The translations under genes and the position numbers were made by a program. Below the pieces are notes generated by a model. The model saw nothing but the letters and a program-made list of their open reading frames with translations, was not told the origin of the DNA and did not search any database. From Clostridia bacterium (lineage in GTDB: Bacteria > Bacillota > Clostridia > Monoglobales > Monoglobaceae), in NCBI GenBank assembly GCA_045645905.1, contig JAZRJT010000016.1:784-64783 (forward strand): a stretch of 64,000 bases of DNA. Reading direction: 5' to 3'. Position 1 is the stretch's first letter. The number at the start of each line of letters is the position of its first letter. Positions 49,357 to 60,828 of the stretch are shown here, in pieces.

Positions 49357-50295
49357 TTAGTCCTCTTCTGCACCCATCTGTTCAATAAGACGGTTATTAA
49401 GTTCTTCTGCCGCGTTATATCCCATACGACGCTGACGGTTGTTCATTGCGGCAATTTCAAAAATAACCGCAAGATTTCTGCCCGGACGGATAGGTATTGT
49501 AAGCGAAGGAATGTTTATTCCTAAAATTTCTGTATAATTATCAACAAGACCAAGTCTGTCATACTGCTTGTCCTTTTGCCAGGTTTCAAGCTGAATTACA
49601 AGGTCAATCTTTTCGGTATCCTTTACGGCACCCATACCAAAAATCTTCTTTACATCTATAATACCTATACCGCGCATTTCAATAAAGTGTCTGATAATCT
49701 CAGGCGAGCTTCCAACCAAAGTCTTTGAAGATACTCGTCTGATTTCAACAGCATCATCGGCAACAAGACGATGTCCGCGCTTCATAAGCTCAACCGCCGC
49801 CTCACTTTTTCCTATTCCGCTTTCACCCAAAATAAGAATGCCTTCGCCGTAAACCTCAACCAAAACGCCATGGCGTGTAATTCTGGGAGCAAGCTCTATG
49901 TTCAGAAAGGCAATAAGAGCACTCATAAAGGAAGATGTACTCAATGAAGTTCTTAAAATATTAACCTGATATTTTTTTGCAAGCTCCAGCATTTCAGGAA
50001 AGATGTCCATCCCTCTTGTCACAACAGCAACAGGAATTTTCTTGCTAAAAAATTCTTCTATTCTCTTATATCTCTCTTTGGAGTCAAGCGTTGAAAGATA
50101 AGTATTCTCAACCATACCCATAACCTGAATTCGCTTTGGCTCAAAATAGTCAAAGAAACCTGCTATCTGCAATCCCGGGCGGTTGACATCGGCTGTTTCG
50201 ATATAAACATTCCCGTCTGCCACAAAAATCTCTTCAAGTTTAAATTCGCCTATAATCTTACTTAACTTGACTTTAAATTCCTGAGTTTTTTCCAT
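49357..50295 (-). CDS. hprK: HPr kinase/phosphorylase
   Basis: 312 aa. It has the P-loop GESGIGKSE and the signature LVADDAVEI. Confidence 0.95.
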   Translation of the reverse strand: MEKTQEFKVKLSKIIGEFKLEEIFVADGNVYIETADVNRPGLQIAGFFDYFEPKRIQVMGMVENTYLSTLDSKERYKRIEEFFSKKIPVAVVTRGMDIFPEMLELAKKYQVNILRTSLSTSSFMSALIAFLNIELAPRITRHGVLVEVYGEGILILGESGIGKSEAAVELMKRGHRLVADDAVEIRRVSSKTLVGSSPEIIRHFIEMRGIGIIDVKKIFGMGAVKDTEKIDLVIQLETWQKDKQYDRLGLVDNYTEILGINIPSLTIPIRPGRNLAVIFEIAAMNNRQRRMGYNAAEELNNRLIEQMGAEED

Positions 50296-50326
50296 TTTAT
50301 CAACTCCATTTTCTTATTTTATAAAA

Positions 50327-51661
50327 CTATTGTATATTTACCGAAACAACCTTTCCGTCAGAATAAGTGATTCTATCGCCCGAACAATTAAGCCCGTCAA
50401 CAAATTTAAGATATTCTTTTTTTGATGAAAATGCAGGCTTAAACTCAGCTATAATTCTTTTTGCCTCTTTTGCTCCGTCAGACAAAAGCAAATAGAGCAT
50501 TGCAAGCTGCAACTTTGCACTTCCCACACAAGCGGCAATTGGGTCGGCTATCTCATAATCGTTTCCATGAGCCCTTCCTGTTGCACCCCCGGCATAAGGA
50601 TGTACCACCGGAATAATACTGCTTAAATCACCCATATCGGTACTGCCCGAGCTTATCTCGCCTGTGTTTTTAAACTCATATTCAGGCACAATAAGTCTTG
50701 ACGCTTTCTCAACAACATCTATCATATTGGGGTCGTTCACAAGAGGTGCATAACCCGGCATATCACAAATATCAATATTTGTTCCAACAGAAAGAGCCGC
50801 TCCGCACAAAGCCTGATTCACTTTTTGATTTGCGGTACATATTGCATCAAAGGATGCACCGCGGACATAACTTTCAAGAACCGTTTTCTCGGGAATAGCA
50901 TTCACCATAGCACCTCCGCTTGTGATAATGGGATGCACCCTTATAACATCGCTTTCCTTAAAGGTTTCACGAATTGCATTGATTGCATTGATACCGCAGT
51001 TTGCCGCATATAAGGCATTTTTCCCGTTCCATGGTGCACCTCCCGCATGAGCTGCAACCCCTTTGTATGTAATCATCTTTGCTAGGCAGCCAACTCCGCC
51101 TTTATTTACTTTATAACTGTCGGAGGTATGAACCATAAAGGCAATATCAACCCCGTCAAAATATCCTCTTGACAAGAATTCACTCTTGCCGCCAAAATAT
51201 TTGATTATTCCTTTGTCTTTCAGTTCGGCTCTGTATTCAATTTCAAGAAGCTCCTCTGCCGGAACAGCACAAAGTCTGATTTTTCCACATAGCTTATCAA
51301 GAATTCCCGGTTCTTTAAGTGCCGCAGCAAGACCGATAAGTGCCGCACATTGTGCATTATGTCCGCAGGAATGTACCGCACCTGTCTCAGGGTTTGCATC
51401 CTTGTGCTCGGGACAGATTATTGAATCAAGTTCGCCAAGTACAAGAATTTCGGGACCGGGTTTACCCGTATCCAATACAGTATAAAATCCCGTTATGTTC
51501 TCTGCCATAACAAGGTCATACCCAAATTCTCTGAAAGCGTTCTCCATATATTTTGAGGTTTCATATTCCTTGTAGCCGGTTTCGGGATGCTCCCATATAA
51601 ACCGCTCTGCATCCAGAATTCTTTTTGTATGTTTTTCAACTGCCAGACTAAGTTCCTTCAT
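50327..51661 (-). CDS. M20-family amidohydrolase (AbgB/aminoacylase-like)
   Basis: Start MKELSLAVEKH at 51661, with AAGGAG 8 nt upstream. HSCGHNAQCAAL and the downstream metal-ligand spacing match the M20D family. Confidence 0.8.
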   Translation of the reverse strand: MKELSLAVEKHTKRILDAERFIWEHPETGYKEYETSKYMENAFREFGYDLVMAENITGFYTVLDTGKPGPEILVLGELDSIICPEHKDANPETGAVHSCGHNAQCAALIGLAAALKEPGILDKLCGKIRLCAVPAEELLEIEYRAELKDKGIIKYFGGKSEFLSRGYFDGVDIAFMVHTSDSYKVNKGGVGCLAKMITYKGVAAHAGGAPWNGKNALYAANCGINAINAIRETFKESDVIRVHPIITSGGAMVNAIPEKTVLESYVRGASFDAICTANQKVNQALCGAALSVGTNIDICDMPGYAPLVNDPNMIDVVEKASRLIVPEYEFKNTGEISSGSTDMGDLSSIIPVVHPYAGGATGRAHGNDYEIADPIAACVGSAKLQLAMLYLLLSDGAKEAKRIIAEFKPAFSSKKEYLKFVDGLNCSGDRITYSDGKVVSVNIQ

Positions 51662-51663
51662 AA

Positions 51664-51870
51664 TTAAATCTCCTTCCATTCCCATACCATATTGGAATAT
51701 AGAATTTGTAATAATTTAATCAAAGATACCGTCAAAAATATGAAATCAGCAATCGTATCATGTCTTGCTCTAAATTCATTTGCATTGTTGGTCTTTCTCG
51801 CAACCTTTCCATCAATCATATCACTCATTCCACAAAGCAGATATGTAATATAAAATTCAAATGAGAACAC
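51664..51870 (-). pseudogene. fragment of a CDP-alcohol phosphatidyltransferase-family gene
   Basis: The 68-aa ORF (GTG start) carries only the signature region DGKVARKTNNANEFRARHDTIAD. This matches D-G-x2-A-R-x8-G-x3-D-x3-D, except that the conserved Gly is Arg. The N-terminal TM1 region and all C-terminal TM segments are missing, and an in-frame TAA lies 24 codons upstream of the GTG start. Confidence 0.55.
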
Positions 51871-51985
51871 AGGAAAAACAACATTACAAAGCTTATTAAA
51901 ATACGGTAACTTGTTATTAAATTCGCAATATATTTTTTATATATGCTACCTGTAAATTTTTGCAACAATATACGACAATTGTCAT

Positions 51986-52330
51986 TTAATCAACAAGAAT
52001 GAGGGCAATAAAAACAAGCATTTCATCACCGGTATTTTTAATAGAGTGACCTTGACCTGATGGGGTTAATGTTACCATTCCCGGAAGCACATCAACCTTG
52101 GTTCCATTGTCATTATAGATGCCCTGTCCTGAAAGAATAAAAAATGTTTCACTTTCCCCAACGTGCATATGATATTGCACTTCTTCGCCCGGTTTTAACT
52201 GTACCAAAGAGAAAAGTCTGATTCTGGGATCCCATGCATCAAAGTCTGCAAGGTTGGTCTTAAACATTTTTTCCATGCCTTCGTTGTTAAATTTAGTTTC
52301 TGTTTTCAGTTGTTCTATTTGTTTGTACAT
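51986..52330 (-). CDS. cupin-domain protein
   Basis: 114 aa. It has the two cupin motifs GEEVQYHMHVGESETFFILSG and GQGHSIKNTG. Confidence 0.8.
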   Translation of the reverse strand: MYKQIEQLKTETKFNNEGMEKMFKTNLADFDAWDPRIRLFSLVQLKPGEEVQYHMHVGESETFFILSGQGIYNDNGTKVDVLPGMVTLTPSGQGHSIKNTGDEMLVFIALILVD

Positions 52331-52472
52331 ATAAACATCTCCCTACAATCAAAAGTTCTAAAGTTATATAGAATTAATAAACGATTTAGATTGTGAATTC
52401 ATTATACCACATTTTATATGTTTTGCAAATATAAATAAAGAATTTTTAATAGCTAAATATTTATATTTTATC

Positions 52473-52501
52473 TTGACATTTATCAAACTTTGTGGTATCA
52501 T
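52473..52501 (+). promoter_or_regulatory. consensus sigma-A promoter for the tRNA-Asp/tRNA-Thr pair
   Basis: TTGACA (52473..52478), 17 nt, TGgTATCAT (-10 at 52496..52501). Confidence 0.7.
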
Positions 52502-52520
52502 TTCTTAGTGGTCTTAATTT

Positions 52521-52597
52521 GGTCCGGTAGTTCAGTTGGTTAGAATGCCAGCCTGTCACGCTGGAGGTCGTGGGTTCGAGCCCCATCCGGATCGCCA
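52521..52597 (+). tRNA. tRNA-Asp (anticodon GUC), encoded CCA
   Basis: Folded by hand. The acceptor stem is GGTCCGG/CCGGATC, the anticodon arm is CCAGC-CTGTCAC-GCTGG, the T-loop is GGTTCGAG, and the discriminator is G. Confidence 0.93.
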
Positions 52598-52602
52598 TTT
52601 AT

Positions 52603-52678
<76 letters not shown>

Positions 52679-52683
52679 AAAAA

Positions 52684-52710
52684 ATCCTGTCATAAGACAG
52701 GATTTTTTTA
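52684..52710 (+). terminator. intrinsic terminator after the tRNA pair
   Basis: ATCCTGTC-ATAA-GACAGGAT, followed by TTTTTTT. Confidence 0.8.
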
Positions 52711-52721
52711 TTATTCTTAAT

Positions 52722-53144
52722 CTATTTCATATAAGTAAACTCATAATGCTCACCATCAGAAATTTTTGTGCTATCCACACCTGTCTGCATATATCCACTG
52801 TTCTTTGTCAGCGACCAATAGCTTTGGTTTATATCATAGTCAGCCGTAATGCCGTTAACCACCTTAACATAAAGTCCATAAGGACCTTTTTCGCCCGATA
52901 TAAGTCCGTGTTCCAATAATGCATCTCCCAGAGCTTCTTTATCTGTATTAATCGTAAATGTAACCGTTTTATCTCCTGCAACAACATCTACTGTTACAAC
53001 CTTTCCTCCATTTCCAAGTTCGGCATCTTCAGTATATGTCGCAGTCTCCCACAAACTCTTTTCACCCGTTGACACATTACAAGCCGTCATAAACATACAC
53101 AATATACAAATCATTAAGCTAATGCATTTTTTCATTTCTATCAC
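52722..53144 (-). CDS. DUF4430-domain lipoprotein
   Basis: 140 aa. It has the lipobox MFMTACN and the pattern ALGDALLEHGLISGEKGPYGLYVKVVNGITAD...YWSLTKNS typical of DUF4430. Confidence 0.75.
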   Translation of the reverse strand: MIEMKKCISLMICILCMFMTACNVSTGEKSLWETATYTEDAELGNGGKVVTVDVVAGDKTVTFTINTDKEALGDALLEHGLISGEKGPYGLYVKVVNGITADYDINQSYWSLTKNSGYMQTGVDSTKISDGEHYEFTYMK

Positions 53145-53170
53145 CCCTGTTTATTAATATTTTAATTAAT

Positions 53171-53210
53171 TATAAAAACAATCCCGGAATTTTGTAATTC
53201 CGGGATTGTT
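53171..53210 (-). terminator. intrinsic terminator after the nucleoside ABC operon
   Basis: AACAATCCCGGAATT-(4 nt)-AATTCCGGGATTGTT is a 15-bp perfect stem, followed on the minus strand by TTTTAT. Confidence 0.8.
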
Positions 53211-53212
53211 CA

Positions 53213-54199
53213 TTACCGTTCTTCTCGGAAATAAGGTAATCCAAGCGCAGCCGGCGGCTGATTTTCTTTTTTGTTTCTCATGCTTGTAATAATCAGCACA
53301 AGAATGGTAACAACATAAGGCAGCATCTCAAAAAGCTTTTTAGCACTTACACTGATGTTGGGAATATAAGTCGGGATTACATATAAAAATCCAAACAGAA
53401 TAGAGCCAAGAATACTGATAGACGGTCTCCAGACTGAGAATATAACAAGAGCAATCGAAAGCCAGCCTCTGTCTCCAAAACCGTTGTTTGACCATACACC
53501 ATTGGCATAGTCCATTACATAGTATAATCCGCCCAGTCCTGCAATTGCACTACCTATGCAAGTAACAAGATATTTGTACCTGGTAACATTTATACCGGCT
53601 GCATCGGCTGTTTCGGGGCTTTCTCCCACCGCTCTCAGATGCAGACCTATACGGGTTTTGTTAAGAACAAACGATGAAACGAGCGCCACAGTAATTGCCA
53701 CATACACCAAAAAACCATAAGACACAAATACATCCCCAAACCAGCCCAGCTTATCAGCAAAGGGTAATTGGGTTTTAAATGCTGCGCTGGTGTTTGAAAG
53801 TGCGATAGAGGGCACATCTGAATCAACTAGTTTAATTAACGAGCCGCCAAAAAAGTTGCCGATACCTATACCAAATGTTGTGAGAGCAAGACCGGTAACG
53901 TTTTGATTAGCCCTTAAAGTTACTGTCAGGAAGCAATAAATCAGTCCCATCAGGGTTGAACCAATCAGTGAACATAGTAGAGGGATAATAACCGCAAAAA
54001 AAGGATTAAGCATTGCAGGGTTTGTCAGGCTTTGTTCATAGATAAACGCACCTGCCACACCGCTGATTGCACCAACATACATAATACCCGGAATACCAAG
54101 ATTCAAATGTCCTGATTTTTCGGTAAGAATTTCTCCGGTTGAACCAAACAACAAAGGAGTTCCCTGCATAACTGCACGCTGAATAATAGTTATAATCAT
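53213..54199 (-). CDS. ABC transporter permease (BMP/nucleoside-type system, second permease)
   Basis: 328 aa, polytopic. It overlaps the upstream permease gene by 4 nt. Confidence 0.85.
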   Translation of the reverse strand: MIITIIQRAVMQGTPLLFGSTGEILTEKSGHLNLGIPGIMYVGAISGVAGAFIYEQSLTNPAMLNPFFAVIIPLLCSLIGSTLMGLIYCFLTVTLRANQNVTGLALTTFGIGIGNFFGGSLIKLVDSDVPSIALSNTSAAFKTQLPFADKLGWFGDVFVSYGFLVYVAITVALVSSFVLNKTRIGLHLRAVGESPETADAAGINVTRYKYLVTCIGSAIAGLGGLYYVMDYANGVWSNNGFGDRGWLSIALVIFSVWRPSISILGSILFGFLYVIPTYIPNISVSAKKLFEMLPYVVTILVLIITSMRNKKENQPPAALGLPYFREER

Positions 54200-55302
54200 A
54201 CATTTTCCTCCTTTTTGTTTAACTTAATTCTGTAGTTGATAAAGAATTCTGAACCTATGATAAAGAATATTATAATACCTGTTATAATATCAGAAAACGA
54301 AGAATTAAGTCTGTAAACCTCAGAAATTTTTGAAGCGCCCTTTTGCAAAAATACAATTAAAAGAGATGTTACAATCATAAAAATCGGGTTGAATTTAGCA
54401 AGCCACGAAACCATAATTGCCGTAAAGCCTCTTCCGCCCGAAGTATCGCTTTTCAGAGAATGGTCTGTTCCTGCAACGAGAAGAAAGCCCGCAATACCGC
54501 AAAGAGCACCTGAGATTGCCATAGTTCTTAAAATTACCTTTTTTACATTGATACCGATATATCTTGCGGTTTTTTCACTTTCGCCGACTACCGATATTTC
54601 GTAGCCCTGCTTGCTGTATTTTAAATAAAAATATACTAAAACGGTAAGCAAGGCAACAATTAAAATATTAATCAGATATTTCTGCCCAAAAATTGTGGGT
54701 AGCTGACCAAATTCTAACGTTCTGGGTGTACCCGAGCCCTTAGGCACAGACCACTCAAGAGTAAAATAAGCAACAATTTGAATTGCCACATAGTTCATCA
54801 TCAGGGTAAAAAGCGTTTCGTTGGAATTGAAGCGTGTTTTAAAATATGCAGGAATTAATCCCCATATAGATGCTGAAACAATACTTGCGATAAACATTAT
54901 TGGTATCAGCACAGGTGACGGCAGTTTTTCACCAAGAAAAATCATACAGGTTGCCGTCGCTAAGCCACCAATCAGAATCTGACCTTCGCCGCCAATGTTC
55001 CAGAATTTCATTTTAAATGCCGGTGTAACCGCCAGAGAAACACAAAGGAGAATGGCTGTGTTCTGTAAAAGATTCCACGCAAGACGCGGTGTGCCTATGG
55101 CACCTTCAACCATAGTTTTATACATTTCCAAGGGGTTAAGGTCAGTAAGTGAAATCGTCACAAAACCGCACACAATCAAGGCAAGGAGTACCGAAATGAT
55201 TCTGATAATCCAGGCTTTCCACCACACAATGTCGTCACGCTTGATAATATGACCAAGGGAATTGCCAAATGTCGTTAAAACAAATTTATCAATTTTACTC
55301 AT
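54196..55302 (-). CDS. ABC transporter permease (BMP/nucleoside-type system, first permease)
   Basis: The likely start is MSKIDKF at 55302, overlapping the ATPase stop by 8 nt. The ORF track extends to 55335. Confidence 0.85.
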   Translation of the reverse strand: MSKIDKFVLTTFGNSLGHIIKRDDIVWWKAWIIRIISVLLALIVCGFVTISLTDLNPLEMYKTMVEGAIGTPRLAWNLLQNTAILLCVSLAVTPAFKMKFWNIGGEGQILIGGLATATCMIFLGEKLPSPVLIPIMFIASIVSASIWGLIPAYFKTRFNSNETLFTLMMNYVAIQIVAYFTLEWSVPKGSGTPRTLEFGQLPTIFGQKYLINILIVALLTVLVYFYLKYSKQGYEISVVGESEKTARYIGINVKKVILRTMAISGALCGIAGFLLVAGTDHSLKSDTSGGRGFTAIMVSWLAKFNPIFMIVTSLLIVFLQKGASKISEVYRLNSSFSDIITGIIIFFIIGSEFFINYRIKLNKKEENV

Positions 55303-56857
55303 TGTCACATCCCTCCTCTTCTGCATTTTCATCAACTGATTTTGTCATCAGTATACCGATTTCTTCTTTTGTAGTGTTTCTTCCATCTACAATACCGGTA
55401 ATTCTTCCCGAACCTATGACCATAATTCTGTCACACAATTCTATCAAAACATCAAGGTCCTCGCCGACAAAAATAACCGCTACGCCTTTTTTCTTTTGCT
55501 CGTTCAGCAAATTATATATGGTATAAGATGAGTTAATATCAAGACCTCTCACCGGATAAGCAGCCATAAGAACTGTAGGAGAAGACGCAATTTCTCTGCC
55601 CACAAGAATTTTCTGTACGTTTCCGCCGGAAAGCCTTCTTACAGGTGTATTGACAGAAGGTGTCACAACTTCAAGCCGCTGGACAATATCCTCCGCAAGA
55701 CTTTTGGGACCTTTTCTCTGCAGGAATAACGACTCGCCTTTTTTATAGCTTCTCAGCATCATATTGTCAACAATATCCATATTGCCAACCAAACCCATGC
55801 CCAATCTGTCTTCGGGTACAAATGCAAGCCTTACACCCATTTGACGAATTTCAAGCGGTGTCTTATCACGGAGATTTTCTGATTTCTTAGTTTTGGGGTT
55901 GTTATAGATAACACAGCCATTGTCCAGATGCTGTAGCCCTGCGATAGCCTCTAAAAGCTCACGCTGACCGCTTCCGGCGATACCGGCTATACCAAGAATT
56001 TCTCCCGAGCGGGCAGTAAACGAAACATTGTCTAAAAGCTTTATTCCGTCACGGTTTATACAACTGATATTTTCTACAATCAAACGGTCGGTACAGTTAA
56101 CCGCATCACTTCGTTCAATGTTTAAAGAAATTTTCTTGCCCACCATCATTTCGGTAAGCTCCGCCTCACTGGTCTCAGAAGTTTTTACCGTGCCAATATA
56201 CTCACCTTTACGCAAAACCGCAACATTATCCGACAAAGAAAGCACCTCGTGCAGCTTGTGAGTAATAATAATAATTGCCTTGCCGCTTTCACGCATATTT
56301 CTCAAAACTTTAAAGAGTTTAACCGTTTCCTGAGGTGTAAGAACTGCGGTAGGCTCATCAAGAATTAAAATGTCTGCCCCTCTGAAAAGCACTTTGATAA
56401 TTTCAACTGTCTGCTTTTCGGATACCGACATTTCGTATATCTTCTTATACGGGTCAAGCTCAAACCCGTACTGCAAGGTTATCTCCTTAATTTTTTCGAT
56501 ATATTTAGGCATATCAAATCCCTTTTCATCTTCAAGACCCAAAACGATATTTTCGGCAGCATTAAAAACATCTACCAGCTTAAAATGCTGATGAATCATA
56601 CCGATTTTATAATTAAAGGCATCCTTGGGCGATGCAATTACAACTTCCTTGCCATCAGCAAAAATACGGCCGCTGTCAGGATAATAAATACCCGAAACCA
56701 TATTCATAAGTGTTGTTTTACCGCTTCCGTTTTCACCCAGAATTGAAAGAATCTCACCCTTTCTCACCTTGAGTGAAATGTTTTTATTAGCAACAACACT
56801 GCCAAAGGTTTTAGTAATGTTTTTAAGTTCAAGAGCAATATTTTGTTCCATAGCCAT
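55295..56857 (-). CDS. ABC transporter ATP-binding protein with duplicated ATPase domains
   Basis: 520 aa. It has Walker A GENGSGKTT, LILDEPTAVL, and a second cassette with LSGGNVQK. Confidence 0.92.
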   Translation of the reverse strand: MAMEQNIALELKNITKTFGSVVANKNISLKVRKGEILSILGENGSGKTTLMNMVSGIYYPDSGRIFADGKEVVIASPKDAFNYKIGMIHQHFKLVDVFNAAENIVLGLEDEKGFDMPKYIEKIKEITLQYGFELDPYKKIYEMSVSEKQTVEIIKVLFRGADILILDEPTAVLTPQETVKLFKVLRNMRESGKAIIIITHKLHEVLSLSDNVAVLRKGEYIGTVKTSETSEAELTEMMVGKKISLNIERSDAVNCTDRLIVENISCINRDGIKLLDNVSFTARSGEILGIAGIAGSGQRELLEAIAGLQHLDNGCVIYNNPKTKKSENLRDKTPLEIRQMGVRLAFVPEDRLGMGLVGNMDIVDNMMLRSYKKGESLFLQRKGPKSLAEDIVQRLEVVTPSVNTPVRRLSGGNVQKILVGREIASSPTVLMAAYPVRGLDINSSYTIYNLLNEQKKKGVAVIFVGEDLDVLIELCDRIMVIGSGRITGIVDGRNTTKEEIGILMTKSVDENAEEEGCDNE

Positions 56858-56932
56858 CTCCTGTATTAAAAAATCCTATGTTTTCTGATAAACACACCCC
56901 TCTGTTCACCACAAAACACAAGGTTTATCTAA

Positions 56933-56961
56933 TATAGGGCGGAGAGATACTCCGCCCTATA
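56933..56961 (-). promoter_or_regulatory. intercistronic 12-bp perfect hairpin after the binding-protein gene (mRNA stabiliser or partial terminator)
   Basis: TATAGGGCGGAG-(5 nt)-CTCCGCCCTATA lies 12 nt after the binding-protein stop. No U-tract follows. Confidence 0.5.
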
Positions 56962-56973
56962 CTAAAAACTTAA

Positions 56974-58179
56974 TTAAAATGCGCTGTTGAGCAATGTGAT
57001 ACCGTCGATCTGGAGATCGAAGTAAGGAGCACTGCGGAATTCAGATTCATGGAAATAGCCATCAGCTATAACTTCTGTATCCTTAGCGTATTCGGGGTCT
57101 GTATCAACGTCTGCAAGGTAAGAATTAAGCTTTTCGCCGCCAACTGTAAAGTTGTTTGTATCAAATACATGAATTTCACCTGCAATAAGCTTAGCCTTTG
57201 CATCTTCCAAAGCTTCCTTTGTGCCTTCAGCGGCAACAGCTTCGTTAATGTCTGTCAGCTTAACAGAACCTACCTCAAAGCCTTCACACCAATCAGCAAC
57301 AATTGCTTCACCATTGAGTTTAGCATTGATTATGTACTTAAAGTAAGGAGCCCAGTCGATTCTTGAAGAAACGATAAATGTGTTGGGGCAAGCGCTCTGT
57401 GTGCTGCCGTTGTAAGAAACGTTGGGAACACCTGCATTTTCACAAGCTGTGGGAGCACCCATTGAGTCAGCATGCTGACTGATGAGTACACAGTTGTTGC
57501 TCAAAAGCTTGGTAGCAGCTTCTTTTTCAAGAGCTTCGTCATACCAGCTTCCTGTGAACTGAACTTCCATTGTTGCGCTTGGGCAAACTGATTTTGCACC
57601 AAGGTAGAATGAAGTATAACCTGAAACAACTTCTGCGTATGTGTATGCACCTACATAACCTATCTTAGCCTGGTCAGCAGTAATTTTGCCGCTTTCAATC
57701 ATTTCGTTAAGCTTCATACCAGCAGCGATACCTGCAAGGTATCTGCCTTCGTAAATTGAAGCAAATGCATTGTGGAAGTTAGCAACATTTTCAGTGTGAG
57801 CAGTAGTTCCGGTAGCATGACAGAATTCAACCTCAGGGAATTCTTTAGCAGCCTTCAACATATAGGGCTCGTGACCGAAGCTGTTTGCAAAAACAATGTT
57901 ACAACCCTGGTCTGCCAGGTCTGCTGCTGCTTCGTAACACTCGTTACCTTCAGGAATGTTTGTCTTGAAAATAACCTGTTCGGGCTTGAGACCAAGCTCT
58001 GCAGTAGCTGCTTCTGCCGCTTCAAGGAAGTTCTTGTCGTATGTTGAGTTTTCATCGTGCAAGAAAATGAAACCAATCTTGAAATCAGCGTTTGCGTTTT
58101 TGTCGCCGCAACCTGTGAGCATAGCTAAAGATGCTACAAGCATTACGGTAACCAGAAGAATTGAAAGTACCTTCTTCAT
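56974..58179 (-). CDS. BMP-family (PnrA/Med-like) ABC substrate-binding lipoprotein, probable purine nucleoside binding
   Basis: 401 aa. It has the lipobox MLTGCG and a BMP fold (KIGFIFLHDENSTYDKNF...). It sits in an operon with xpt and the two-permease/fused-ATPase system. Confidence 0.85.
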   Translation of the reverse strand: MKKVLSILLVTVMLVASLAMLTGCGDKNANADFKIGFIFLHDENSTYDKNFLEAAEAATAELGLKPEQVIFKTNIPEGNECYEAAADLADQGCNIVFANSFGHEPYMLKAAKEFPEVEFCHATGTTAHTENVANFHNAFASIYEGRYLAGIAAGMKLNEMIESGKITADQAKIGYVGAYTYAEVVSGYTSFYLGAKSVCPSATMEVQFTGSWYDEALEKEAATKLLSNNCVLISQHADSMGAPTACENAGVPNVSYNGSTQSACPNTFIVSSRIDWAPYFKYIINAKLNGEAIVADWCEGFEVGSVKLTDINEAVAAEGTKEALEDAKAKLIAGEIHVFDTNNFTVGGEKLNSYLADVDTDPEYAKDTEVIADGYFHESEFRSAPYFDLQIDGITLLNSAF

Positions 58180-58245
58180 AAGTTAATAACCTCCCTGCCT
58201 TATTTGGCATAAAAATATTTATGTAAATAAACTTTACATACAAAA

Positions 58246-58818
58246 CTATTTACGGAACGTTAATGAAGAATCTGTCATCGACTCTATTATTGCCAAAGAC
58301 TCAACCCTTACACCTTTTTCTCTTAACTCATCTCCGCCGCCCTGAAAACCTTTTTCAATAGCGATGGCACAACCAACCAATTCTGCGCCCGCCTGATTTA
58401 CAATATCCATCAGTCCGGTCAGGGCATTTCCTTTTGCGAGAAAATCGTCTATGATAAGAACAGAGTCACCGCTATCCAAAAACTCCTTACTTACCACGGC
58501 ATCATACACATTTTTTCGTGTAAATGATGTAACCCTTGACGAGTAAACTGAATCAGAAATATTTCCGGATTTATTCTTTTTAACAAAAACAACCGGAACA
58601 TTCATAAACTGTGCTGTAGCAAATGCAATAGGAATACCCGATGTTTCAATAGTCAGAATTTTGTTAACCTGCTGGTTTTCATAAATCCGAGCAATTTCCT
58701 TGCCCATTTCCAAAAGAAACGGAACATCAATGCGATGGTTTAAAAAACAATCAACTTTAAGTATATCACCGGGCAAAACCGTACCCTCGTTCAGTATCTT
58801 TTCTTCTAACGCCTTCAT
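58246..58818 (-). CDS. xpt: xanthine phosphoribosyltransferase
   Basis: 190 aa: MKALEEKILNEGTVLPGDILKVDCFLNHRID, plus the PRPP loop VLIIDDFLAKGNA. Confidence 0.92.
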   Translation of the reverse strand: MKALEEKILNEGTVLPGDILKVDCFLNHRIDVPFLLEMGKEIARIYENQQVNKILTIETSGIPIAFATAQFMNVPVVFVKKNKSGNISDSVYSSRVTSFTRKNVYDAVVSKEFLDSGDSVLIIDDFLAKGNALTGLMDIVNQAGAELVGCAIAIEKGFQGGGDELREKGVRVESLAIIESMTDSSLTFRK

Positions 58819-58861
58819 GACGGTTCACCTCTAAAAGCAAAAAAGTGTAATTATAAAAAAA

Positions 58862-58890
58862 ATTATATCACGCAATTATCCAAAAGTCAA
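58862..58890 (-). promoter_or_regulatory. sigma-A promoter of the xpt-nucleoside ABC operon
   Basis: Minus strand: TTGACT, 17 nt, TGaTATAAT. This leaves only a leader of about 45 nt before the xpt ATG. Confidence 0.65.
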
Positions 58891-59077
58891 CAATTTTCGC
58901 CTTTACTGTTTATATTTTTCATTTAAAAGACACCTGCAAAAGCAAGCGCCTTTTCGTATTAAACAGATACATTTTAATAAATTATATATTTTTTTGTATA
59001 AAAAAAATTATAAGTACTCAAAAATAATACGGAAAAGAATACTGCATATGTTTAACTACAAAAAAACAAACCATACA

Positions 59078-59108
59078 AAGGCGGCTGCATAAAGCTGCAG
59101 CCGCCTTT
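59078..59108 (-). terminator. terminator of the atp operon
   Basis: Minus strand: AAAGGCGGCTGCAGC-TTTAT-GCAGCCGCCTTT, followed by a T-rich tract (GTATGGTTTGTTTTTTT). Confidence 0.75.
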
Positions 59109-59127
59109 AAAAATTCCATTATTTATT

Positions 59128-59154
59128 TTTGACCCCAACTATTGACAAAGAGCC
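59128..59154. repeat. 27-bp exact direct repeat, copy B (TTTGACCCCAACTATTGACAAAGAGCC)
   Basis: Identical to 10758..10784. It lies 4 nt from the stop codon of the shortened atpC. Confidence 0.9.
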
Positions 59155-59158
59155 TATT

Positions 59159-60828
<1,670 letters not shown>

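Noticed and set aside
58819-59158. A purine (guanine/xanthine) riboswitch was expected in the 340-bp region upstream of xpt.
   Set aside because: I read the minus strand and found no conserved riboswitch core, meaning no UAUAAU...GGAUAUGG...GUUUCUACC...CCGUAAA-like segments. A good promoter (TTGACT-17-TATAAT, 58862..58890) leaves only a leader of about 45 nt, which is too short for an aptamer plus expression platform. The rest is AT-rich spacer plus the atp terminator and repeat copy B.
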